From Chloropicon primus (Eukaryota), in NCBI GenBank assembly GCA_023205875.1, contig CP060760.1, forward strand, positions 1 to 64,000: a stretch of 64,000 nt of DNA, in the 5' to 3' direction. The translations under genes were made by a program, and so were the position numbers. Positions 42,601 to 51,330 of this stretch are shown piece after piece. Numbering within the stretch: the first letter of the stretch is position 1; every line of letters starts with the position of its first letter. The notes below the pieces were generated by a model, which worked only from the letters and a program-made list of their open reading frames with translations, was not told where the DNA came from and made no database searches.

Positions 42601-45600
42601 CTCAAGTTGAGTCCAAGTGGCAATCAGAGCATCCCCTACTTCTGCACCAGGGGCCGGGGCAGAAAACAAGGGAAGCCGAACCCACTTAAATGCAAGCTTA
42701 GCATATCAGTGGGGGAGAAGATAGAAGAAGTCGTCAAGGTGACCGTCTCCCCAGGCCTCCCGGTGGCATTCGATGTTATTTCTGGAATTGACATGGACGT
42801 CAATGGTGAGAACAACCCTTTGCAGCTCGCCCAAGATAGCCCCTTCCCTTCGTTCGTGATAGCTTTGAAGGATCAATATGGAAATAGAACATCTCCGCCG
42901 AAGGATTATGCTTGCACGCTCAAGGTCAGCTGCGAGGGCCTCGTTCCTGATACAAAATCGTTTACGGTGGAGGACAGTGGAATGCTGAGTGTTGAAGGGT
43001 TCGTGGCAGAAGCCTCTCTCTTCACCAAGGCGGTCTTGCAGCTCAGGTACTCTCCCACAGATAGCATCATCGAGACTTGCACGGTAAACAATGACTCAAT
43101 AGCAGAGAGACACATATGGATGCAGATTGAGCCTAGCGCGAAGCCGGCTCAACTTGCAATCTTGAGGCAGGGCCAGGAAGTGCCCAAAGATACCAACGGA
43201 TCAGATGATTTCGTAATTGAGGACATCCAAGTAGCGACGTTTCTCGAGGACCTCTCCGTAGAGGTGAGAGACGGGAGTGGAAGGCCTGCCCCTTGCGGGA
43301 CGTCTGCCAAGTTGACTTGCTCTTGGGTGAAGGGAACCAAGCAGGTGCAGATGAACAGCGATTCGCAAGTCACCCTGCCGGCGCTTGCTGTGCAAGAAAA
43401 TTGTGGCAGCGTGGTCTCCTTCTGGGTTCGCGTGGTTGTTGACGGATTCCATCTAGAAGCTAGCATGTTTGTCAGGGCGACGCCAGGACCTCCATACAGC
43501 TGGGCGATCTCTTGCGAGTCCAACAAAGTTTACAGCGGCGTGCCGTTTGTTGTCATCATTGAGGCTGTAGATAAACACCAGAATCGCTGCAGGAGTAGCA
43601 GCTCCCAGCTGCCAACACCAGAGATCGAGCCCCAATCAGAGAGGGAACTCTGCTTCAAGAAGGAAGCATGGGAAAGCGATTGGACCTGCGATGAAGATAA
43701 CATGTACACCTACTCTGCAAAGATTGTGCTGAGCGGAGAAAAGGGTCCGATCGCCCTCCGCGTGCACAGCGAGAATGATCTGAACATGACAGAGGACATC
43801 TGGCACGTGCCACTCCTTCCTGGACCACCCTCGAAATTGTCTATGAGCATCCCAAACGAGAGCCAGAAGTTTTACACGCAGTGCTGCATCGAGAAGATCT
43901 TTGTTGAGGTGCAAGACGACTATGGGAATGCCGCGCCGTGCAAGGACTTTGAAATCCTTTTGCAACCCTCCTTGCGGGCTTGTGACACAGAGGGAGTCTT
44001 TGGAAACGCTTCTTCGAAGAGCGGTAACAGGAAAAAGGTTAAGGATGGCAAGGCAGAGTTTGCAAGTATCAAGCTTTCTTGTCCAGAGGTGGGGAAATAC
44101 ATCTTGCAGGCAGTGAGCAAATCGCGGAAGCTGTCCATCGAGGAAGCCACCATGGAGATCGAAGTTCAGAGCTGCAACCGCGTTGTTGGCCTCGAAGCAA
44201 AGTTGCCAGAGAAGAAGTGCCAGGCTGGGGGATCCATCGACATCGATGTGGTGGTAGAGACTGAGAATAAGAAAGCTCTTGCTCGGGACGCACTGTCCTC
44301 CTTCGAGATCATCATATCAAAGGATCGTAATGTCAAAGGTTCCATCTCAGCCAAGTTCGTGGACTACGACGAGAAGAGCATGACATTGCAGTTCAGCAGT
44401 GATAAGGTGACAGCTGCGGGTGTTTACAATTTAACCGCCGTATACAACGAGGGAAGGTCCGAACTGGGAACCTACCAAGTGAGAAGTTTGAGCCAGACGT
44501 TTGAGGTGACGCCCTTTGAGCCCAAGCAGCTTTGCTTGATGCCACCAGAGATTGAATCGCAGTGCACCATTCTCCATGTGTCTGACAAAACCATTGGCCG
44601 CGAGCCGATCCTGCCCTCTGCGTCGATGCAATTGCAAGATATCTACGGAAACTTCGTTGCCAAGTCAAAGGTGAAGCTGAGTTTCCACCTGTACGCAGAC
44701 GAGGCAATGCAGAACGAGATCAAGGGTTCTCTGACTTGCGACGGCAGCCCGATCACGGACAAGTCCGGGCAGGCGGCCGTTAGGAACATTGTCATTTCGG
44801 ATGAATGCAAGGCGTACTTGACGAAGGACAAGAACAGGCCAACTCTTGACGTGCACTTTGCGGTCCGCTGCCACGAAAAGAAATCCAAGTTTCTCGGATG
44901 GAAGAGGGTCCTCTGTTACTCCAACGACGAGAAGCAGACGGAAAAGAGGGAGAAGTACACGAAAGAGAAGAAGAAACTGGAGAAAGCTCTTGGAGCCGAA
45001 AGGGAGAAGCTAAGGAACCTGGAGGATGCCATCGTAGCGCAGAAGGAGAAGCTAGGGCTAGGCACCAAGTCGCTGAGGAACTTGGATCAGGTGCTCAAGG
45101 ATCAGGAGAGCAAAGTGGAGGAGGCTGAGAAGAGGGGAGCGAGGGGGCCGCAGCTCAGAAGCCTCGCAAAATTCAACACCACGCTGGCCACCGTCAAGAA
45201 GATTTCCTCAAAGCATTGCGTGGGCTGGATGGTGGAGCAGGCCACAGTGGAGCACGAATGCTTGACCAAAATCCTGTCCTGGTTCAGAAGGGGCAAGCTT
45301 CAGGTCCTGATCATGACGAATGTGGAGATCATGCAGAAGGCCAGGAAGGCGCTGAAGCAGAAAGGCCTGGACATTCCTGACATGATCGCCGAGGAGGCCA
45401 TGAGACCCTACGACGGGCGGCAGAGGAGGAGGGCTTCTGGGTGTAAGATGACCTCGGCAGAGGCCGCTTTTCTTGGTCAGATGGGTTGCTTGGCGAAGAA
45501 GCTCCACGAGGATGCCTTGCTCGGATCAGACGGGGCCTTGGAGATGCCCCTTCCCCACCATCACGTCGACAAGCAGAAGTGGCCCAAGGGCCTCGAAACT

Positions 45601-46188
45601 TGGCCGGCAGGATTTGTCGGCCATGCCGCCAACCTCTTGAGGCCCAAGCGCGAGAACAGGAGGAGCACCACCCTTTACACGATGACGGGCTCTTCCCTCG
45701 TGTTTGACGAGTGGCCCAACGCGTACAAGTACTTCAGGGCCTGTTCGAAGGATCTCAGAGTGCAGGTGCCATCCATTTTCAACCTGGATGGAACGATGGT
45801 GGAAAGCGACGGCGTCCTTACAGGGAGCAGAAACAACTGCCCCAAGAACTTGTCACAGCTCAAGATCAGCTTTGGCAGCTCGCAGGAATCCCTGGTGAGG
45901 CAGAAGGAGAAGCTCCGCGAGGTGCAGAGCCTGGTTGAGGCCAAGGAGACCATGGACAAGGCCAGGGAATCTGTCGGGGACTTGAAGGAGAGGCTGCAAA
46001 AGTTGGAGAGGAAGCTGGAGGAGGTGAAGGGGTCGAAGAAGAGGCCCCTTTTGCAGGAGATCGATGCGAACCAGGGCCAGGACGAGGAGGTCCCCTCCTC
46101 GCAGAAGAGGGCCTCCCAGGAGGAGCCCCAGGAGAGCCGCGCGAGGTCCACCAGGAGGAGGAGAATGATCATGGAAATGGAGGACTGA
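39622..46188 (+). CDS. SMCHD1/GMI1-like protein: GHKL ATPase, long beta-rich central region, coiled coil and SMC hinge
   Basis: ALAELVDNAL, DNGVGM, LSFFGVGSKNAAFFLG, FETFWQGRLIP and GCLFFGPEFRVTRNKLSF; C-terminal hinge-like GFVGHAANLL...NLDG flanked by coiled coils. Confidence 0.85.
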   Translation: MRQGGGAEGEVRVQWEGEEAPFTVDLDETNTNKNKNTNTRGLLERAREAFGLLRSVTEGGQEEEEFCLTDGEVEVKTDGRLASIVREARESGGTPAILFLFSRVSLSRGGRGEGEGGASSCLGRERISFVPHPRTITAAGDLEYFTSTRGKQTVSYALAELVDNALSATQHVTRAGEREVRICFCVNSTSSASVFVEDNGVGMNKSQVNDWAVMNLSKSERERRESGGSGEVGNSSGSGSDPFAWNATQHQTQKQKQAGGWKQDRHLFSSLSFFGVGSKNAAFFLGNSVHMATKQEDNMLVHDLRLSAKELETKYRNKENAYEADLIHRVPGDLSTLTAEEKKFGPVVQSVLGEGKGDGARAGENKKSFTRLTVSELKRDVIDQIKDRYSCEQICRELAHIYHFYIHGANGKSDSSLDAEAHDDRRKLPDGSALPAVEVEFHCEGRLLFKTNLCEVEDEPVSLHLKSKKEEFPFSLEVPQRGRVDGILYYFPFDSEKETLPSLDWKESPSPQGTQATQFDLTQVSMTQFNQHSSQFSLADPDAGAMLAAVQAQRRCLFETFWQGRLIPESRVVSLPFIDSIFQKQGTYMRDKIPPEVINRIWGCLFFGPEFRVTRNKLSFRDNLEDLLCSSFSSNRNTEKKFKEWLARCHSELDQTLSFEKLCPTEVQATMRSKFGENKTFFDRVVMGDLTLSTGDVVQLKTTPKVVGRIANILSNKIMHADGRHSNGYLAVQPIPEGIYGSSIGLYPLRRYKSKLSAKELESHVKKQWSKCPSNLSVEPLHLATGKIKEYAAGDTFPPTYISVTDGSGQRITKCMSRGKKQNLSVIQKLYYLGTDLPQDNQDLSLAVKETVNQSSLENPVEVLCVSNCTPRNDIFGFQKVNGGLKKSGYYLMKFMVEPDCGKSPLVLEMKCRVKPSEGERAELECGGKIEAVQLGEALPPISLSIYDEFDNLADTKPYLDKVKLSVVTNNEEIAINAESKIESRDGKILLKDLKLSPSGNQSIPYFCTRGRGRKQGKPNPLKCKLSISVGEKIEEVVKVTVSPGLPVAFDVISGIDMDVNGENNPLQLAQDSPFPSFVIALKDQYGNRTSPPKDYACTLKVSCEGLVPDTKSFTVEDSGMLSVEGFVAEASLFTKAVLQLRYSPTDSIIETCTVNNDSIAERHIWMQIEPSAKPAQLAILRQGQEVPKDTNGSDDFVIEDIQVATFLEDLSVEVRDGSGRPAPCGTSAKLTCSWVKGTKQVQMNSDSQVTLPALAVQENCGSVVSFWVRVVVDGFHLEASMFVRATPGPPYSWAISCESNKVYSGVPFVVIIEAVDKHQNRCRSSSSQLPTPEIEPQSERELCFKKEAWESDWTCDEDNMYTYSAKIVLSGEKGPIALRVHSENDLNMTEDIWHVPLLPGPPSKLSMSIPNESQKFYTQCCIEKIFVEVQDDYGNAAPCKDFEILLQPSLRACDTEGVFGNASSKSGNRKKVKDGKAEFASIKLSCPEVGKYILQAVSKSRKLSIEEATMEIEVQSCNRVVGLEAKLPEKKCQAGGSIDIDVVVETENKKALARDALSSFEIIISKDRNVKGSISAKFVDYDEKSMTLQFSSDKVTAAGVYNLTAVYNEGRSELGTYQVRSLSQTFEVTPFEPKQLCLMPPEIESQCTILHVSDKTIGREPILPSASMQLQDIYGNFVAKSKVKLSFHLYADEAMQNEIKGSLTCDGSPITDKSGQAAVRNIVISDECKAYLTKDKNRPTLDVHFAVRCHEKKSKFLGWKRVLCYSNDEKQTEKREKYTKEKKKLEKALGAEREKLRNLEDAIVAQKEKLGLGTKSLRNLDQVLKDQESKVEEAEKRGARGPQLRSLAKFNTTLATVKKISSKHCVGWMVEQATVEHECLTKILSWFRRGKLQVLIMTNVEIMQKARKALKQKGLDIPDMIAEEAMRPYDGRQRRRASGCKMTSAEAAFLGQMGCLAKKLHEDALLGSDGALEMPLPHHHVDKQKWPKGLETWPAGFVGHAANLLRPKRENRRSTTLYTMTGSSLVFDEWPNAYKYFRACSKDLRVQVPSIFNLDGTMVESDGVLTGSRNNCPKNLSQLKISFGSSQESLVRQKEKLREVQSLVEAKETMDKARESVGDLKERLQKLERKLEEVKGSKKRPLLQEIDANQGQDEEVPSSQKRASQEEPQESRARSTRRRRMIMEMED

Positions 46189-46239
46189 GGGTAACAGCTA
46201 ATGGTAATCAGTATTACAATTCATACCATCCATCCCGTT

Positions 46240-46857
46240 TCAGGTGTTGCAGAGGATGCAGTCAAGGATAAGGGCGACCGAGGTGGAAACGTTGAGCGAG
46301 TCCGAGAAGCCGTGAAGCGGCAGATACACCCTCTCCTGCGCAGCCTTGAGCAATTTTTGGCTGACGCCATCGACTTCCCTCCCGAACACCAGCGCTATCT
46401 TCCTCCTGTCATTGGTCTCGACCCTCCGACGCAAGCTCGCGGAGAGGGAGCAGGCCTCCTGTGAGAGCTCCGTGGCCCACAACGCCATCCCCTCCCTCTC
46501 CACCTCCTCGATGAAGCTCTGAGGCGTCGAGAAATTCTTGTCCGCTTCGATCTGGACCATCCCATCGGTGCCATCGCCCATCAGCTCCGCGCCAAAAGGG
46601 TTCCTGCCGCTCTTCTTCTTGTAGGACACGGCATCCACGGACCAAAGCTCGAGCTCGAAGGCCTGGACCACTTTCCGGACCGACTCGAAGTTCCTCGGGT
46701 CTGTGCACCTCTCGAGGACGACGACAATGTCACAAGGAGGGACGCTGTAATCCGCAGGAGTCACGCACCCCTCCTCCCTCCACAGCTTCCGCCGCCTCCA
46801 CCTCCACGGGGCGTAAAGTGCCAGGCAGAACCCAAGCAGCGACGACGCCATCGCCAT
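46240..46857 (-). CDS. SpoU/TrmH-family SPOUT RNA 2'-O-methyltransferase
   Basis: VVVLE..TDPRN, ALVFGREVDGVS and YLPLHGFSDSLNVS. Confidence 0.87.
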   Translation of the reverse strand: MAMASSLLGFCLALYAPWRWRRRKLWREEGCVTPADYSVPPCDIVVVLERCTDPRNFESVRKVVQAFELELWSVDAVSYKKKSGRNPFGAELMGDGTDGMVQIEADKNFSTPQSFIEEVEREGMALWATELSQEACSLSASLRRRVETNDRRKIALVFGREVDGVSQKLLKAAQERVYLPLHGFSDSLNVSTSVALILDCILCNT

Positions 46858-47111
46858 CTCGAGGATCCTGCTTGAAGGGGAAGGAAGGGGGACCAGACGA
46901 GGGGGACAGAGGAGAGGATGGAGTTGGGCTTTGGTGATGATGGAGGGTTGGATGATGTGGATGGATGGATGGGTTGTGTCTCACACGACTGGCCTGCTGG
47001 GTGGTTTGTCCGTAGGCGAGCTTCGGTAGCATCCATCGGCAACGTATGATAATGTATGATATAGTTACTTTACAAAAGTCTTTTGCAGCCTCTGATCGAT
47101 GGTGCGGCTTT

Positions 47112-49970
47112 TCACTCGTAGACTCTCACGTTGTCATAGTGGATCGCGAACAGCCTGTAGATGTAGAGCGCGAGGTCGAAGGAGTGACTCCCTGGGCGGG
47201 GCCGGGCCGAGTCAAAGTAGTGGTACCTGTCCTTGGACACGATGACAGAGTCCTTGGGGAGGTGCTTGTCGCTCAGGTCACGCCAAGGAGCAAAGCCGTA
47301 GATGTCGACCTCGTCGCAGACCTGGAGGGCGAAGAAAAAGGCGTAAAAGCCGCTCATGGGCTTCTCACCGGGGTACCTGCCCAGCTTGGCCCGCTGGAAC
47401 CTCCTCCTCAGATCGCGGTACATCTGGTAGGACCAGGAGACAAAGTGGGGAGAGAGGGCGGTGATCTTCCTGCCCTGGTGCTGCTGCTTCAGCCGGACGT
47501 AGCTCTGCCTCCACCACTGATCCTTCTCGATGATCTGGCTCTTCGCCTTCCAGCCGTAAGCCCCGGGCTCGAAGAGCTCGAACACAACGGTCTCGGTGTC
47601 CCTCGATCGCCAGTTCCACTTGAACCCCCTCCTCTCGTCCAGCACCTGCTTGACCCAGTAGCCATTCAGGCTCTCGTGGGTCGACCTGCTGCCCACGTGC
47701 TTCTCGTACCCCTTCACGGGCGCCTGGTTGAACCGGTAGACCATCTCGTGCGCATCGATCTCGTGGCCATAGTCGTGCTTCAGCATGCTCCCGCTGTTTC
47801 CCACGATGGCGCAAGTGGAGTACCTGATCTTGGTGTCCTCCTCCGGAATCACGTGGTAGAGCATCCTGTCCACGTTGTACACGTCCCCGCTCTTCCCAAA
47901 CTTGTTCCTCGTGATGCCCTCTGGCAGCTGGATCTTCGTGCCATTCACCTCCTTGCGGTTGATCACGAGGGAGCCCCCGTACGTCAAGTTCAGGCCCGAG
48001 AGGATCTTGGTGGCCTCCTGCTCTAGCCTGCTCACGCCGCAGTCAGGGCCCGCGTAGATGGGATCGCAGTGGCAAGTCCCGTTCACGAAGATCCCCCGGT
48101 CGTTGCAGTCCGTCTTGCACTCCTTGTAGGCGCAAGAGGCGGGTTTGCTGGCCAACTGGGCCGACCCCCTGGAAGACCCTTCGTTTATCGAAGCGATGTG
48201 GCCGTGGGCCTTGAGGACGAGGAAGATCATGTACTCCAAGCTGCTGGCCTCCCTTGTGCTCGTGGCCACCTCGTGGCTCTCGTAGTACAGGTACTTCCCG
48301 TACCTCATGTCCACCCCGTAAAGGTCCACCTTGCCGCAGGTCTCCATCGCCAGGGCGACGCTCATCAAGACGGACGAGTAGCCCTCGGTGAGATCGAACT
48401 CCGTGCCCATCACCCTCTCGATCCTTTCCTGCATGACTTTGGCCGCGCTGATGATCGAGGCGGTGAACTGGGTGTTCAAAAGCGTTACGGGAACCGTAGG
48501 AAGCTTCTCCTTGAGCTCCAGGTACTGCTCCTGGGAGTACATCGACCACAGCACAAGGTTCGCCCCTTCATGGACCCAGTTCTTGCCGGTCTCCCCCACC
48601 TTGAGGAGCTCCCCGGCCCAAAACGGGCTCAGAACCTGGTAAGTGGTTTTGGATCCCACGATCCCCTCAAACGTTTGAGTCGGCGCGTTGTGCAACCTGA
48701 ACACGGCGTCGTGCTCATCGATGGCGTCCCCGTAGCGGCCGTCCAGTAGGCTTCCCGAGCTTCCGACGATGGCGCAGGTCTCGTACCTGTTTCTCACGTC
48801 TTTAGGCGGCAGAACCGGCAAGATTTCGGGCACCACCGCAAAGTAGACGTTCTCCCCCGTCACCACGTTTGGCAAGGCTGCCTCGTACTTGAGGTTCACG
48901 AGCTCCGCGTTCAGGGTCAGGGACACCCTCCTGAGCTTCTTCAGGTCGATTCCCTCCATGATTCCACCGCTGTTGTCCTTCATGATGTCCTCGTCGTAGC
49001 TGAAGGACGCCTCCCGGTCTCTTCCCCCCGAGCCGGTCTGGTTCTTCTTGTACAGGTCCCCGCATCCACAAGCTGTGACGCTGACACGCAGACCGTTTCC
49101 TTCCCCGGGAGGGACCGTGCACACGACCTGCTCGTTCGAAACCCACTTGGTGTCGAGGCAGGCCTCGCCCCCCACGTAAGCGATGGGGTGAGAGTCAAAG
49201 ACCCCAAAGTTCGCGCCTTTGACGGTGATCTGAGCACCACCCCTCCTCGAGGCGTGGGTCGGCTCAATGCTCTCGATCAGTGGCTTGTCGTAGGACCAGC
49301 CGCATGCACTGGGGTCCGAAGACCCCTCCGCATCTGCAGTCCTCACCGTCACGGCAAGGCTGTAACCCGTCCCAGGGGGCACGGTGCAAGTGACCTGCTC
49401 GTCGGAGACCGACTCGTACGCCATGCACGGAGTGTCCCCAATCAAAATCGATTGGAGTGAAGTGGGGAGTCCGAAATTCTTGCCCTCGATCGTCACCTTG
49501 GTCCCCCCAGCGACGGGACCACTGGAGACGGAGAGCCTGCTTATCAGCGGACACGGACCCCCTCCCTTGCAACTCGAACCCACCCGAGGTTCCCCTGCTG
49601 TGCTCTTGGAGGGCCTTGTCGCCTTGCCTTTGGCCGCACTGCTGCTCTTGGGAGGGGGACGCCTCCTGCCTCCCTCGCGCGGAGGGTTGCTGGACTGCGC
49701 GTGCTCCTCCACCACCGGAACAGGCATCCTCACGACGTCCCCCTCGGCTTTGATCTGGCCCGGCCTGCTTATGTCGTAAGCCACCGCGCCGTGCGGCAGC
49801 CTCTTTCCCCTCTCGGCGACGAGCAGGAAGCTGAATGGCAGCAGGAAGGAGGCCAGGAGGAGAAGTGGCGTCGCGAACTTCCCAAAGATGCCCCTCGCTC
49901 TTCGATACCTCCTCCCCCCTCTCCTCCCCTTGCTGTTGTCATACCTCCCCCCCCACTCAAGGTCTCCCAT
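47112..49970 (-). CDS. Multidomain GT29 protein: TM, 2x IPT/TIG, GT29, EGF-like, GT29
   Basis: TM (LLLLASFLLPFSFLLV); two IPT starts (PLISRLS.SSGP..GGTKVTIEGKNFG and PLIESIEP...GGAQITVKGANFG); two sialylmotif L copies (CAIVGSSGSLL and CAIVGNSGSML); EGF-like CNDRG...CHCDPIYAGPDC. Confidence 0.88.
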   Translation of the reverse strand: MGDLEWGGRYDNSKGRRGGRRYRRARGIFGKFATPLLLLASFLLPFSFLLVAERGKRLPHGAVAYDISRPGQIKAEGDVVRMPVPVVEEHAQSSNPPREGGRRRPPPKSSSAAKGKATRPSKSTAGEPRVGSSCKGGGPCPLISRLSVSSGPVAGGTKVTIEGKNFGLPTSLQSILIGDTPCMAYESVSDEQVTCTVPPGTGYSLAVTVRTADAEGSSDPSACGWSYDKPLIESIEPTHASRRGGAQITVKGANFGVFDSHPIAYVGGEACLDTKWVSNEQVVCTVPPGEGNGLRVSVTACGCGDLYKKNQTGSGGRDREASFSYDEDIMKDNSGGIMEGIDLKKLRRVSLTLNAELVNLKYEAALPNVVTGENVYFAVVPEILPVLPPKDVRNRYETCAIVGSSGSLLDGRYGDAIDEHDAVFRLHNAPTQTFEGIVGSKTTYQVLSPFWAGELLKVGETGKNWVHEGANLVLWSMYSQEQYLELKEKLPTVPVTLLNTQFTASIISAAKVMQERIERVMGTEFDLTEGYSSVLMSVALAMETCGKVDLYGVDMRYGKYLYYESHEVATSTREASSLEYMIFLVLKAHGHIASINEGSSRGSAQLASKPASCAYKECKTDCNDRGIFVNGTCHCDPIYAGPDCGVSRLEQEATKILSGLNLTYGGSLVINRKEVNGTKIQLPEGITRNKFGKSGDVYNVDRMLYHVIPEEDTKIRYSTCAIVGNSGSMLKHDYGHEIDAHEMVYRFNQAPVKGYEKHVGSRSTHESLNGYWVKQVLDERRGFKWNWRSRDTETVVFELFEPGAYGWKAKSQIIEKDQWWRQSYVRLKQQHQGRKITALSPHFVSWSYQMYRDLRRRFQRAKLGRYPGEKPMSGFYAFFFALQVCDEVDIYGFAPWRDLSDKHLPKDSVIVSKDRYHYFDSARPRPGSHSFDLALYIYRLFAIHYDNVRVYE

Positions 49971-50250
49971 ACCGAGAGGTCTTGGTCAAAGCTCCGTTCT
50001 GTCTCCCAGTTTAGGTCCTGCCCCGATCCATTACTCCCTGTCTCATCCTCCCCCCTTTGTCCCCTTTGCTGCTGCCCAGCCCCTCCTCCACAAAGCACAC
50101 AAAGCCTGACACACTTGGCTCGACCCTCCTGACGCTTCCCCAATCAGAACCCCTCCCCAGCCCTTCCACAGTAATGTCTCATAAGGTCCAAAAGCTCCAA
50201 GATCCAAGCTTTAAGCTCCCTAACCCCCCCCCCTGACCACCGGCTCCCTC

Positions 50251-50304
50251 TGCCTCCTCTGTGGCCTCCTCTGTGCCTCCTCTGTGCCTCCTCTGTGCCT
50301 CCTC
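50251..50304. repeat. 11-bp minisatellite (TGCCTCCTCTG)n, ~5 copies
   Basis: Direct reading; lies in a divergent intergenic region. Confidence 0.85.
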
Positions 50305-50319
50305 TTGGTTTATCGTACA

Positions 50320-50359
50320 CCTAAACCCTAAAACCCTAAAACCCTAAAACCCTAAAACC
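50320..50359. repeat. Interstitial telomere-like (CCCTAAAA)4 array containing telo-box AAACCCTA
   Basis: cctaaa followed by four ccctaaaa units, between the divergent genes starting at 49970 and 50428. Confidence 0.88.
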
Positions 50360-50427
50360 AAGGTCCAATCTTGGGAAGAGGAAGAGGACGGTTGAGACTG
50401 TTGGCGGTGGGGGAGGACGAGGGAAGG

Positions 50428-51150
50428 ATGAAGGGGAAGGAGCAGAAAGGGGAAGCGATGACGAGCACGAGGCTGGGTCCAGCGGGGAAGGGGGCCAGGG
50501 GGGAGAGGCTGCTGCTCGGCAAGACCGAGGCCTCCGAATTGCACAAAGCGAAGCTCAAGGAAAGGAACGCCAAGAAAAGTCAAACGAGGAAGTTGTACGA
50601 GCTTCTGGTGCCCAAGTCATCCGAGGGAGCCTTCGGTCGCTTCGGGGAATGCCGGTGGGGGACCATGCCGTACTTGAAGACCCTCATCAGGATGGAGGAG
50701 TACGACAGGAACTTGACGAGGACGCAGCAGCTGCACAAGGACACGCGGCTGGCCGAGCCAAAGAACAGGAAGGAGGTGGTGGGTGCGAGCACGAGGAAGA
50801 CGAACAGTTGGCAGGGACGGTCGCCGCAATGGGGGAACAATAGGGTGGACATGACTCAAAGGAAGGTTCTTCCGCCGGTGGACAAGAAGAAGGCGGTGGA
50901 CGCCCTCCACTTCAAGCTTCAGAGCCGAAAGGAGGACCTTCACGGGCACATCGACAACACGAGGTACTCGGAGACTCCCTTCCACAAGAAGAAGCAGGCA
51001 AGCAAAGTCTTTGACGTGTCTGATTACGTGTCCAGGGAGCGCGCCATCATCACGAGCGGGAGGACCTTCACTTGGGGAGGCAGAATGAAGTACGACAAGC
51101 CACCGTTCAACCCGGACAGAAGCAGGCAAATCTCCCAGCACCAGTTTTGA
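50428..51150 (+). CDS. Hypothetical basic protein (240 aa)
   Basis: ATG-started ORF with GC3-rich codons filling the gap between genes; no recognised domain. Confidence 0.65.
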   Translation: MKGKEQKGEAMTSTRLGPAGKGARGERLLLGKTEASELHKAKLKERNAKKSQTRKLYELLVPKSSEGAFGRFGECRWGTMPYLKTLIRMEEYDRNLTRTQQLHKDTRLAEPKNRKEVVGASTRKTNSWQGRSPQWGNNRVDMTQRKVLPPVDKKKAVDALHFKLQSRKEDLHGHIDNTRYSETPFHKKKQASKVFDVSDYVSRERAIITSGRTFTWGGRMKYDKPPFNPDRSRQISQHQF

Positions 51151-51330
51151 GGAAAACGGGGGTGGGCACTTGCGCACGGGGATGGGAAGAAACAAGCAAG
51201 CTTTGTCACTTTTATGACTTATCACTACTACTAACTACTGTAAAAATACTGCAATGAAGAACAATTATTTTATTAGTTTTCTTTTTTCTCCCCCCCCCCA
51301 AAAAAAGCGAGGAGGGCAACGAGGCAAGGA

